NCBI GenBank assembly: GCA_016936235.1
Contig: JAFGPK010000054.1
Span: 7,559 to 71,558, forward strand
DNA length: 64,000 nt
DNA from: Candidatus Fermentibacteraceae bacterium
Lineage (GTDB): Bacteria > Fermentibacterota > Fermentibacteria > Fermentibacterales > JCC-6
Direction: 5' to 3'
The position numbers and the translations under genes are program-made. Below the pieces are notes generated by a model. It did not search any database. It had not been told where the DNA came from and saw nothing but the letters and a program-made list of their open reading frames with translations. Numbering within the stretch: the first letter of the stretch is position 1; every line of letters starts with the position of its first letter. Below, piece after piece: positions 26,785-35,704 of this stretch.

Positions 26785-29126
26785 TGTCGCTGTACCTCTT
26801 TCAAATCCGGAATGAAGCTGCCCACCACATCCGTGACCCTGTCCACCAGCTCGAACTTCATCAGGGCTCTGGTCTCCTCGGGTATCTCCTCCAGGCTCTT
26901 GCTGTTCTCGGACGGGATGAACACCCTTGTTATTCCGGCGGCCAGGGCCCCCAGTGTCTTCTCCTTGATACCCCCGACGGGCATTATCCGTCCCTGGAGA
27001 CTTATCTCTCCGGTGACCGCGATATCAGGAGCCACTGGCTTTCCGGAAAGTGAAGACAGCATGGAGATGAGTATCGCCACCCCGGCGGAGGGTCCGTCCT
27101 TGGGAGTGGCTCCGGCGGGTACGTGGAGATGAATGTCGAGATGCTTGAAATCCCTTTCCAGACCGTATTCCTCCGCGTGCGACCTTATCCAGGAAAGCGC
27201 GGCCTTGGCGGATTCCTGCATCACCTCTCCCAGCTGACCGGTGAGGATCAACTCACCCTTGCCGTTCATTATGGTGCTCTCGATAAGGAGTATCTCACCC
27301 CCGGTGGGTGTCCAGGCGAGACCCGTGCACACACCCACCCCTGGCTGGTCCGAGATTCTCTCATGGGTGTACTGCCTCGCGCCCAGGAACCCGTGCAGCC
27401 TGGACGATGTGACGATTACCAGGTCCTCGCCGCCTGCGGCCACCTTCATGGCCACCTTCCTGCATATCTTGCCTATTGTGCGTTCCAGTTCCCTCACACC
27501 GGCTTCCCTGGTGTAATCGTCTATTATCGCGACGATGCCGCTCCTCCGGAAACGGAGATGATTGCCCGTGAGCCCGGCGTTCTTCATCTGTCTTCTGACC
27601 AGGTATCTCTTCGCTATCTGCAGTTTCTCCGCCGCGGTATACCCGGGAATGCGGATTATCTCCATCCTGTCGCGCAGGGGCGAGGGGATGGTGTCAAGAC
27701 GATTCGCCGTGGTTATGAACTGCACGCCGCTCAGGTCGAAGGGCACGTTCATGTAGTTGTCCCTGAAGGAGAAGTTCTGTTCGGGATCCAGTACTTCGAG
27801 AAGGGCCGACGTGGGATCGCCCCTGAAATCGCTCCCGATCTTGTCGACTTCGTCGAGCATGAAGACGGGATTGCTGCTGCCGGCCTCCTTGAGACCCTGG
27901 ATTATCTTGCCCGGCATGGCCCCTATGTAGGTCCTGCGGTGCCCCCTTATCTCGGCCTCGTCGTGGACCCCTCCCAGGGACAGGCGGACGAACCTCCTGC
28001 CCACCGCCCTGGCAATGCTCTTTCCCATGGAGGTCTTGCCCACGCCCGGGGGTCCCACGAAGCACATTATGGGAGCCTTCCCTCCAGGGTTAAGCTTCCT
28101 TACGGCCAGGAACTCCAGAATTCTCTCCTTGACGTCCTTCAGATCGTAATGGTCCTGTTCCAGGACCTTCTCCGCGCGGCCGATGTCCAGTCGGTCCTTC
28201 GTGCTCTCGAGCCAGGGAAGACTGAGTATCCATTCGATGTAGTTCCTTATCACGGCCACCTCGGGTAAGCCCGGGTTCATTCTCTCCAGTCTCTCCAGCT
28301 CCTCCATCGCCGCATCGTAGACCTGGTCCGGAAGCTCTTTCTCCTCAATCCTGTCCCTCAGCTCCCCGGCCTCCGGGTTCTCGCTCTCGCCACCGAGTTC
28401 CTTCTGAATGGCCTTCATCTGCTCCTTGAGGATGTACTCCTTCTGGTCCTTCTCGATCTCGGTGCGGACCTGTCCCTGTATCTTGTTGCGCAGCTTGAGT
28501 ATCCTTATCTCCTTCTCCATGATGCCGGAAAGACTCCACAGCCTTTCCAGGACACTGTCTATCTCCAGTATCCTCTGCTTCTCGTCGTTGCCGGCCTCTA
28601 TCCTGCTGGCGGCCAGGAAAGCCAGCTTCTCCGGATCGTCGGAGAGCTCGATGAACTGGGTGTCGTCCGGAATGGTCCTGGTCAGATCGAATATCTGCTT
28701 CAGCTGGATTCCCACTGTGTTCTGCCAGGCCTCCAGCTCCACCTCGTCCCTTGGAAAGACCGAGTCCAGTCTTTCGACCCTGGCCTGCATGTAGGGTTTG
28801 TCAGAATCGATGAACTCCAGTATCCGAAACCGGACGAGGCCCCTCAGGTGAAGCCTTATGATGTTCCCCGGGAACCGGTAGAGCCTGTCGATACCGGTGA
28901 CTGTCCCGACCTCGTACAGGTCCGAGGGCCTGGCCGGTGTGTCCGCGTCTTCCCTCATGCTGACCACGCCGATGAGTTTGTTGCTCCTGACGGAGTCGTC
29001 CACCATCTCGGCTATGTCCTGGCTGGCCACTGTCCTGGGAACGATGGTATAGGGGTAGACCACGCCCTCCGCGCTGGGAAGGATGGGTAGTATCTCCGGA
29101 AGCTCGATGGTGTTGACGCGGGCCAT
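26781..29126 (-). CDS. lon: ATP-dependent Lon protease
   Basis: 781 aa with an N-terminal LON domain, Walker A GPPGVGKTS, and a C-terminal protease domain carrying PKDGPSAGVAI (the catalytic Ser). Confidence 0.95.
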   Translation of the reverse strand: MARVNTIELPEILPILPSAEGVVYPYTIVPRTVASQDIAEMVDDSVRSNKLIGVVSMREDADTPARPSDLYEVGTVTGIDRLYRFPGNIIRLHLRGLVRFRILEFIDSDKPYMQARVERLDSVFPRDEVELEAWQNTVGIQLKQIFDLTRTIPDDTQFIELSDDPEKLAFLAASRIEAGNDEKQRILEIDSVLERLWSLSGIMEKEIRILKLRNKIQGQVRTEIEKDQKEYILKEQMKAIQKELGGESENPEAGELRDRIEEKELPDQVYDAAMEELERLERMNPGLPEVAVIRNYIEWILSLPWLESTKDRLDIGRAEKVLEQDHYDLKDVKERILEFLAVRKLNPGGKAPIMCFVGPPGVGKTSMGKSIARAVGRRFVRLSLGGVHDEAEIRGHRRTYIGAMPGKIIQGLKEAGSSNPVFMLDEVDKIGSDFRGDPTSALLEVLDPEQNFSFRDNYMNVPFDLSGVQFITTANRLDTIPSPLRDRMEIIRIPGYTAAEKLQIAKRYLVRRQMKNAGLTGNHLRFRRSGIVAIIDDYTREAGVRELERTIGKICRKVAMKVAAGGEDLVIVTSSRLHGFLGARQYTHERISDQPGVGVCTGLAWTPTGGEILLIESTIMNGKGELILTGQLGEVMQESAKAALSWIRSHAEEYGLERDFKHLDIHLHVPAGATPKDGPSAGVAILISMLSSLSGKPVAPDIAVTGEISLQGRIMPVGGIKEKTLGALAAGITRVFIPSENSKSLEEIPEETRALMKFELVDRVTDVVGSFIPDLKEVQRQ

Positions 29127-29132
29127 ATGGTC

Positions 29133-29507
29133 CTAGCTCCTCTTCTTGTCTTTTCCGGTACTCCCGCCCTCGACGGGTATCCTTACGCTCTTCTCCCTCT
29201 CCCATGGCAGGACCACCTTCAGTATCCCGTTCTCCATGGAGGCTGTCACCTGACCGGTATTGATCCGTCCGGGGACTGCTATCTCCCGCTGGAACCAGCC
29301 GGTGTATATCTCCAGTTTCTGAGCAAGGTACTCCCTCACGGGTGGTTTCTTCTTCCCTCTTACGATAATGCTCTCGGAATTCACTGTGAGATCGATATCC
29401 CTGGAAGTCAGTCCCGGCAGCTCGATGAAGACGAGCCAACTGTCATCCGACTCGTATATATCGACCGCGGGGGTCCAGTCTATCTCACCCTGTCGAAGCA
29501 GAAACAT
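29133..29507 (-). CDS. Hsp20/alpha-crystallin family small heat-shock protein
   Basis: 124 aa: …WTPAVDIYESDDSWLVFIELPGLTSRDIDLTV…GILKVVLP… has the alpha-crystallin domain pattern. Confidence 0.85.
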   Translation of the reverse strand: MFLLRQGEIDWTPAVDIYESDDSWLVFIELPGLTSRDIDLTVNSESIIVRGKKKPPVREYLAQKLEIYTGWFQREIAVPGRINTGQVTASMENGILKVVLPWEREKSVRIPVEGGSTGKDKKRS

Positions 29508-29518
29508 GGCCTGGCAGG

Positions 29519-31588
29519 CTACTCAATGTCGAACCGGACCTGTACATTGGTGGTCACCTCGACAGGCCGGTCACCCTGCATGGCGGGGCTGAAGACCCAG
29601 TTCCTCACGGCATCCACCGCCGCCTGCCCGCATCCCAGCCCCAGCGGATCGCTGACGATGGAGACGTCCTGGACCGACCCGTCAGTTCCCACCACCACCG
29701 CAAGGGTCACGAATCCGTGTATGTCACCACGGGCCCTGGCCTGGGAGGGAACAGAAGGACTCTGCTGGGAAACGGGGAAGGGCGACGAGATAGGCAGGTC
29801 CTCCACCGGCTCCACCGTGGCCACGGTATCCTCCACCACTTCCGTCACTTCCAGCGCAACGGCGTTGTACTGGATGGATGTGGTCTCTCCGGCGGTGATC
29901 TCCACGGTATGGACATCGTCCTGGAAATCGGGATTGGAGAGTCTGACTGTGTAGGTGCCGGGTTCAAGCTCCACGCCTCCGAACGGAGTGGTACCCACCA
30001 GGGCTCCGTCGACATAGACGTTCGACCAGGGCTCGGGTCCGACGTTGAGCTGACCTGTCTGCAGGATTTCCACCAGGGATATGGTGCGGCTGTAGCCTTC
30101 CTCATTGAGATTGATGGTCACGGCGAAATCCTCGCGGTCCTGCATGGTTACCTGCAGGTAATAGCTACCGAAGGGGAGGACCTGGCTCATCCTCCTGCCG
30201 GTGGCCACCCTCTCACCGTCTATGAAGAACGTGGCGTTGCCCGGGGTGTCGGCGGCCAGCTGCAGTGTGATCTGGGACTGCTGTGCCGCAAGCACGTTCA
30301 TGGTGTGTGAGAAATCCTGCGGCTCGGCCACGAGAACCGATTCGGGCATCGTCCTGTAACCCTCTATCATGGCCTGGAACACGTGCTCTCCGGTCCTGAC
30401 GCTGTCTACGTTCCCCTCGATGACCTCGCCGTCAACCATGAAAGTGACCGCCTCAGGGTCCGGATCTTCCACCCCATCCGGCATCTGGAAGCCGAAGGTG
30501 ACCAGGACGCTGGAAGTTCCCAGCGTGTCCAGGATGAGAGTATCGGTCCGGATCATCCCCTCCTCGAAGACCGGGGTCCACGTGAGGGTTTCGTAGCCGG
30601 GGGCCGAGATGGTCACGGTCCTTTCTGAGAACACCGTGTCGCTGAGGACGAAGACGCCCTGAGCCCCTTCCTGAACGGACCGGCCGTCCATGGAGACGGA
30701 AACGTCCGCCACGTCCGGAACGACCAGGGTCTGAACGAAGGGCTCGGTGGGAGCGACCACGACCACGGGCTCGGGCTCCTTGCCGCCGAAGAGCTTCATC
30801 GCGGCGAAGATTATCGCCACGAGGGCGAACACAGCCCCGATGATGGCGTAGATCTTCTTCTGTCCCTTGTCCCGCTCGGCCCTGGTTGCGGCTGTGGAGG
30901 GCTTTCGGGTCCTGACGGCCGGTCTGGCTTCCTTCGACTTCTCAGGTTTGACGGCGGGAGGGGTCTCGGGTTTCACTGCTTCGGTAGAGGGTATTCTCTC
31001 GTCTGTCACGGCAGCGGCGGCGGCAGAGGCGTCACCGGCGGGAGCACCGGTGTATTCCTCGGTCAGCTCGATCAGCTCGCCAAGCACGGGAGCGGAGGGC
31101 CAGAGATCGAATATTCTCCTTATGTTCTCCACCGCGAAACCGGGATCGCCGGATTTCAGACGGCTTCGCGCCATGTCGGCAAGCCCGTCAATCTTGATGA
31201 ATACCCTGACGAAGCTGATCTTCTTCCTCACCATGGTATTGTCGGGATCGTGACGCTTGGCCCTCTCCAGTTCCTGCAGGGCCCTTACGGCATCACCCGC
31301 TTCAAGCGCCTCGTCGGATCTCTTAATACAGTCATCGACAAAACCTGATGACGAGATGTTCCTGCCGGCGGTATGGGCTCTGCTGGATCTGCTCTTGTTG
31401 AACTTCTCCATCGCCGCTATCTCGCGTTCGACGATATTTATCCGCTCCATGATCTGCTGGTTCTCCGGCTCGAGCTCCAGAGCCTGACGGTATGTTACAA
31501 GAGCTTCCTCTCGCTCGCCCTGCTGAATCTGTTTTCTGGCGGTCTGTAATAGTTTTTTGACTTTTTCAGATCCTGCGCTCATCTTCAA
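29519..31588 (-). CDS. TonB C-terminal domain protein with N-terminal TPR, single TM segment and PEGA-like beta domains
   Basis: C-terminal …IHGFVTLAVVVGTDGSVQDVSIVSDPLGLGCGQAAVDAVRNWVFSPAMQGDRPVEVTTNVQVRFDIE matches the TonB_C fold pattern. TM helix IYAIIGAVFALVAIIFAAM. The N-terminus has TPR-like helices, and the middle has repeated beta-rich modules. Confidence 0.65.
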   Translation of the reverse strand: MKMSAGSEKVKKLLQTARKQIQQGEREEALVTYRQALELEPENQQIMERINIVEREIAAMEKFNKSRSSRAHTAGRNISSSGFVDDCIKRSDEALEAGDAVRALQELERAKRHDPDNTMVRKKISFVRVFIKIDGLADMARSRLKSGDPGFAVENIRRIFDLWPSAPVLGELIELTEEYTGAPAGDASAAAAAVTDERIPSTEAVKPETPPAVKPEKSKEARPAVRTRKPSTAATRAERDKGQKKIYAIIGAVFALVAIIFAAMKLFGGKEPEPVVVVAPTEPFVQTLVVPDVADVSVSMDGRSVQEGAQGVFVLSDTVFSERTVTISAPGYETLTWTPVFEEGMIRTDTLILDTLGTSSVLVTFGFQMPDGVEDPDPEAVTFMVDGEVIEGNVDSVRTGEHVFQAMIEGYRTMPESVLVAEPQDFSHTMNVLAAQQSQITLQLAADTPGNATFFIDGERVATGRRMSQVLPFGSYYLQVTMQDREDFAVTINLNEEGYSRTISLVEILQTGQLNVGPEPWSNVYVDGALVGTTPFGGVELEPGTYTVRLSNPDFQDDVHTVEITAGETTSIQYNAVALEVTEVVEDTVATVEPVEDLPISSPFPVSQQSPSVPSQARARGDIHGFVTLAVVVGTDGSVQDVSIVSDPLGLGCGQAAVDAVRNWVFSPAMQGDRPVEVTTNVQVRFDIE

Positions 31589-31758
31589 CCTGCTCCCTCT
31601 GGTTGCTAATGCGAGCCAAAATATTAAGATTCATAATGCTATTAACTGAGGAACCGGTGTCAAGTACCTCTGAGGTACGGGATTCTCCGCTCATGCCAAA
31701 GATAGGCAGTAATCCGCATCAATGCAAGCAACTGTATAAGGAGCCCTGTCCGGCCGTG

Positions 31759-33750
31759 TTAAAGTTCGGGCACGCCGGCAGAACCGAAGCGCCGCCTGTA
31801 CTCGTCCCTGAGCTCATCCCATGAATCCTGTCCGGAAGCCAGGGCAGCCGCCCTGGCGAGAAGGTCCGCGTCCCCGGTGAGGGAAGCTGTCCTGAATACC
31901 GGCATGCCGTGCTGGCGAGTTCCCGCGACCTCACCGGGACCCCGGAGCCTCAGGTCCTGTTCCGCGATGCGGAAACCGTCGTCGGTCGAGGCGAGGATCT
32001 CAAGCCTCCGCCGGCCTTCCTGCCCCGCCGAACTGTCCCTCATCAGGAAGCACCAGGAATCACCTTCGCCCCTGCCTATCCTTCCCCTGAGCTGATGCAG
32101 CTGGCTGAGTCCGAACCTGTCCGCATGAGCTATGACCATGACAGTCGCACTGGGCACGTCCAGACCCACCTCCACCACAGTGGTGCTCACCAGGACGGCG
32201 ATCTCGCCGGACACGAACCTGCCGGTCACGGCCAGTTTCTCCTCCGACTGCATCGCACCTGTAAGGAGCCCCACACCGTACTTTCCCAGGGGACCCTTTT
32301 CCAATACCCCGAAGGCGGATGTGGCGTCCATCAGGTCCAGCTCCTCCGAAGCCTCTCTGAGAGGGTAGACCACATAGGCCCTCTCGCCCCTGGAAAGCCT
32401 CTCCAGAAGGAAGCCGTAGACACGGCCTCGGTCATCCCTGTCCATTATCCTCGTGACTGTCCTTCCCCTTCCCGGGGGCATCTCGTCTATCACCGTGAGG
32501 TCAAGGTCCCCGTAGAGGCACATCGCCAGAGTCCTCGGGATCGGCGTGGCGGACATCAGCATGAAGTGGGGACCGGGCTCCCTGGCCGAGACGAGCCTGT
32601 CCCTCTGGACCACGCCGAACTTATGCTGTTCGTCAATGATACAGAGTCCCATTCGCGGTATCACCACATTCTCCTCGAAGACAGCGTGGGTGCCCGTCAG
32701 CACTTCCAGTGAGCCGTCCTCGAGGGATCCATGCACCCGCTTCCTCTCCGCCCGACCGGTGCCTCCCGTAAGAAGTCCGCAGCTGATCCCCAGAGGTTCC
32801 AGTATTCCGCTCAGGTTCCTGTAATGCTGAGAGGCGAGGACCTCCGTCGGCGCCACGATAACGGACTGGTGACCCGAACGGGAACAGATGAAGCAGGCAC
32901 CCGCGGCCACCACGGTCTTACCCGAACCCACATCACCCTGCAGGAGCCTCCTCATGGGAGCGCCGCCTGCCATGTCGTCCCCTATCTCGGAAAGTGCCCT
33001 CTTCTGAGCGCCTGTAAGATCGAAGGGAAGAGATGCCAGCAGGGGCTCCAGACCGTCGGGTCCGCAGGGCATGGGGATCCCTAGCCTCGCGGCGGCCCTT
33101 GCCCTTACATGTTGCAGCAGCGATTGAAGGACGAAGAACTCTTCCAGTGCCAGGACCCTGCGGGCACTTTCCCCTTCCTCCGGGTCGCGGGGGAAATGCA
33201 GGGCCCTGACCGCGTCCCTCCTGCTTTCCCATCCCATCGAGTTCAGGACCCCTTCAGGGAGTATCTCCGGTATCTTCTCCGAACAGAGATCGAGGGCATT
33301 CCTGACCAGCTTGCGCATTGTCGTCTGGGTCATGCCCTGTGTAAGCGGATAGACGGGCAGCACCAGCTCGGTCTCCCGCTGTTCCCCGTCCAGGAAGAGC
33401 AGCTCGGGGTGCACCATCGAGAGGCCGCCGAAGTATTCCACCCTTCCGCTGGCCATTACTCGTGTACCCGGGATCAGTCTATCGGAGATGTACCTGAAAT
33501 TGAAGAAAGTGAGCCTTAACTCCCCGGTGTTCCCGCGCAGAACAGCCTGGAACCTTCTGCGCCCCCGGCTTGAGCCTGAGAAGCCGGATGAGACTATCTC
33601 TCCGGACACGTTCGCGTGCCTGCCTGGAACCAGTTCGCTCAAGGGTGTTATAACCCTTCGGTCATGGTACTCCCGGGGAGAAAGGAGCAGGAGGTCCCCT
33701 ATGGTTTCGATTCCCAGCCTGGAAAGCTGTCTCTTGCGGGCGGGACCCAC
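31759..33750 (-). CDS. recG: ATP-dependent DNA helicase RecG
   Basis: Helicase motifs (…LQGDVGSGKTVVA…, DEQHKFGV, …LMSATPIPRTL…) and the RecG wedge/N-domain. The annotated ATG may lie slightly downstream of the true start. Confidence 0.9.
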   Translation of the reverse strand: MGPARKRQLSRLGIETIGDLLLLSPREYHDRRVITPLSELVPGRHANVSGEIVSSGFSGSSRGRRRFQAVLRGNTGELRLTFFNFRYISDRLIPGTRVMASGRVEYFGGLSMVHPELLFLDGEQRETELVLPVYPLTQGMTQTTMRKLVRNALDLCSEKIPEILPEGVLNSMGWESRRDAVRALHFPRDPEEGESARRVLALEEFFVLQSLLQHVRARAAARLGIPMPCGPDGLEPLLASLPFDLTGAQKRALSEIGDDMAGGAPMRRLLQGDVGSGKTVVAAGACFICSRSGHQSVIVAPTEVLASQHYRNLSGILEPLGISCGLLTGGTGRAERKRVHGSLEDGSLEVLTGTHAVFEENVVIPRMGLCIIDEQHKFGVVQRDRLVSAREPGPHFMLMSATPIPRTLAMCLYGDLDLTVIDEMPPGRGRTVTRIMDRDDRGRVYGFLLERLSRGERAYVVYPLREASEELDLMDATSAFGVLEKGPLGKYGVGLLTGAMQSEEKLAVTGRFVSGEIAVLVSTTVVEVGLDVPSATVMVIAHADRFGLSQLHQLRGRIGRGEGDSWCFLMRDSSAGQEGRRRLEILASTDDGFRIAEQDLRLRGPGEVAGTRQHGMPVFRTASLTGDADLLARAAALASGQDSWDELRDEYRRRFGSAGVPEL

Positions 33751-33867
33751 CCCCTTCAGGTACCTGACATCGGTTTCCAGCTTGTTCCCCTTCGAGAAGA
33801 ATGAAAATTAATACTACAGGCTCTGCGCCTTTCGGGCAAGTCGCACCGGAGAGGTCGCCGGGGGGGC

Positions 33868-33896
33868 TTGACGAAAGGTCTTTCAGGAAGTAATGA
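33868..33896 (+). promoter_or_regulatory. Putative sigma70-type promoter for the 33938 TPR gene
   Basis: TTGACG (33868-33873), a 17-nt spacer, then TAATGA (33891-33896). GGAGG lies 12 nt before the ATG at 33938. Confidence 0.4.
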
Positions 33897-33937
33897 AGGC
33901 GGAACCGTGATATCACATTTGGAGGTCAATACCCGAA

Positions 33938-34453
33938 ATGGAGCTAAGTACCAGAGAGAACCTTGAAGCGATCATAAGGTCGGATCCCGGCAACATCGAT
34001 TCGAGACTGAGCCTCGCTGAGATAATAAGGAAGGACAGGAGTCCCGAGGAGGCTCTGGAGATGTATGACAGCGTGATCGACCTGGACCCCGACAATGCCA
34101 TGGCTTACCTTGGCAAGGGTCTCTGCTATGCCATGTCTCTTCTGGACAACATTCCCACCCGTGAGATCTGGGACAGGGAACTTGACGAGCAGGAGATGAT
34201 CGACAACGCCATGGAGTTCCTCGAGCAGGCCGCCGAGCTCGATCCGGAGCTTACGGAGGCTTACAACGCCATGGGAAGGCTGTTCGCCATCATTGCCCAG
34301 GAGGAGGACGCGGTGGACATGTTCAGGCAGTCCCTTCAGGTGGACCCATCGCAGCTCGATGTGGTGGAGGACCTCAAGGAGATAACGGGAAAGCCTGTCT
34401 GGAAAATACTTGACAAGGGAACGTGGATGGGGGAAGAGGAAGAGGAGGAGTAA
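33938..34453 (+). CDS. TPR-repeat protein with poly-Glu C-terminus
   Basis: 171 aa with TPR-like helix pairs (…AMAYLGKGLCYAMS…, …EAYNAMGRLFAI…). Ends EEEEEE. One of only four plus-strand genes. Confidence 0.55.
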   Translation: MELSTRENLEAIIRSDPGNIDSRLSLAEIIRKDRSPEEALEMYDSVIDLDPDNAMAYLGKGLCYAMSLLDNIPTREIWDRELDEQEMIDNAMEFLEQAAELDPELTEAYNAMGRLFAIIAQEEDAVDMFRQSLQVDPSQLDVVEDLKEITGKPVWKILDKGTWMGEEEEEE

Positions 34454-34455
34454 CC

Positions 34456-35319
34456 CTAGACCACCTTCGACAAGGCTTTCAACAACCCCGTGACGCAGGC
34501 TGATGCCGGACAGCGCCCCCCTGAAAACTCAATGCACATACCGGTCATGAAATCGATCTCCGTTCGTCTCCCTGCGTCAATGTCCTGAAGCATGCTGCAC
34601 CGGTTCGAGGAGGAGCCCAGCAGACGCGTCATCATGCTCAGGGCCTCACTACCCGCGGATGACCTGTATTCATCGGGGACCACCGGCAGGAGCTCCTCGA
34701 AAAGGATCTCGATGGCATCCTCCAGGCCTGCTCCCAGCAGCCTGTCGTTGGGGAGCCCCGAGATTGCGCCGAGGGGATTGATGACGCTGTTGACCAGCCA
34801 CTTCCCCCACCTGAGCATTTCCATGGAATCGGTGAACCGGACTGGAATGGGAGATTTCCCGAAAAGGCCACCGGCGGACCCGTCAGCCGATACGATGACA
34901 TCCCCGAAGGTGGTCATGACGCTTCTCCCCGGCTCCGGGCCGGGTCCGAACCCGGCGGTCAGGATCGCGGGTTCGACCCTGCTCTTCCAGGAGTCACCCC
35001 ACGCCCTCTCGAGTCCCATGCCGTTGGAGACGCATATGCAGGCTCCGTCGGTACATCTTGCGGCAGGGCCCGATACTTCTGCCAGGTCATAGGCCTTCAC
35101 AGCGATCAGGCAGAGTTCCGCGGCGATGAGATCACCGCATTCGACCTTCTCCACCTCAGCGCTGCCCGGGAAAGCGCCGAGGGACTCGAACGTGATCCTG
35201 CCCCTGCCGCTGCCCGGAGGCCCGACAAGCAGCACCCTTCCGAAAGGGGAAAGGGCGACGGCCAGTCCCGTGCCAACGGCGCCGTCACCCCAGATTGCCA
35301 GACGGTTATTCCCCGGCAC
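34456..35319 (-). CDS. panE: 2-dehydropantoate 2-reductase (ketopantoate reductase, ApbA/PanE family)
   Basis: N-terminal Rossmann LAIWGDGAVGTG. C-terminal …SMLQDIDAGRRTEIDFMTG… matches the PanE signature SMLQD…G+xTE+D. Confidence 0.7.
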   Translation of the reverse strand: MPGNNRLAIWGDGAVGTGLAVALSPFGRVLLVGPPGSGRGRITFESLGAFPGSAEVEKVECGDLIAAELCLIAVKAYDLAEVSGPAARCTDGACICVSNGMGLERAWGDSWKSRVEPAILTAGFGPGPEPGRSVMTTFGDVIVSADGSAGGLFGKSPIPVRFTDSMEMLRWGKWLVNSVINPLGAISGLPNDRLLGAGLEDAIEILFEELLPVVPDEYRSSAGSEALSMMTRLLGSSSNRCSMLQDIDAGRRTEIDFMTGMCIEFSGGRCPASACVTGLLKALSKVV

Positions 35320-35698
35320 TGCTCGAAGCCGGTTTCTTAACCCTCTTCTCCACTTTCTCCTTCAGGACCTCGATCTTCTCCCTGCCTTTTTCCTTTACTT
35401 CTTCCAGCTTCTCCCTGGTCTCCTCGAGCTTCTGAATTGTCTCCTCGATCTTCTCCCTGCCGGCGGCGCCGGCGCCGTCGATCATCTTCTTCCCATCGGA
35501 GATGAGCTTCTCGGCCTCGGTCCTGAAATGCCTGTAGAACTCCTCTCCCTTTCCGTACAGCTCCCCGGTGGTGGCGCGTACCTTCTCCCTCGTCTCCTCG
35601 CCCTTCGCCGGGGCATAGAGCAGAGCCAGTATGCCGCCCGCCAGAGTCCCCGCCACGAAGGCCCAGAATTCACCCTTGCCGTTCTCAGCCATGTCCAA
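35306..35698 (-). CDS. YtxH-like (DUF948) general stress protein
   Basis: FWAFVAGTLAGGILALLYAPAKGEETREKV… followed by a long charged coiled-coil is typical of the YtxH family. Confidence 0.6.
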   Translation of the reverse strand: MDMAENGKGEFWAFVAGTLAGGILALLYAPAKGEETREKVRATTGELYGKGEEFYRHFRTEAEKLISDGKKMIDGAGAAGREKIEETIQKLEETREKLEEVKEKGREKIEVLKEKVEKRVKKPASSSAGE

Positions 35699-35704
35699 CT
35701 CCCT

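Noticed and set aside
27123-28268. 381-aa plus-strand ORF.
   Set aside because: It is antisense within lon, with no motifs.
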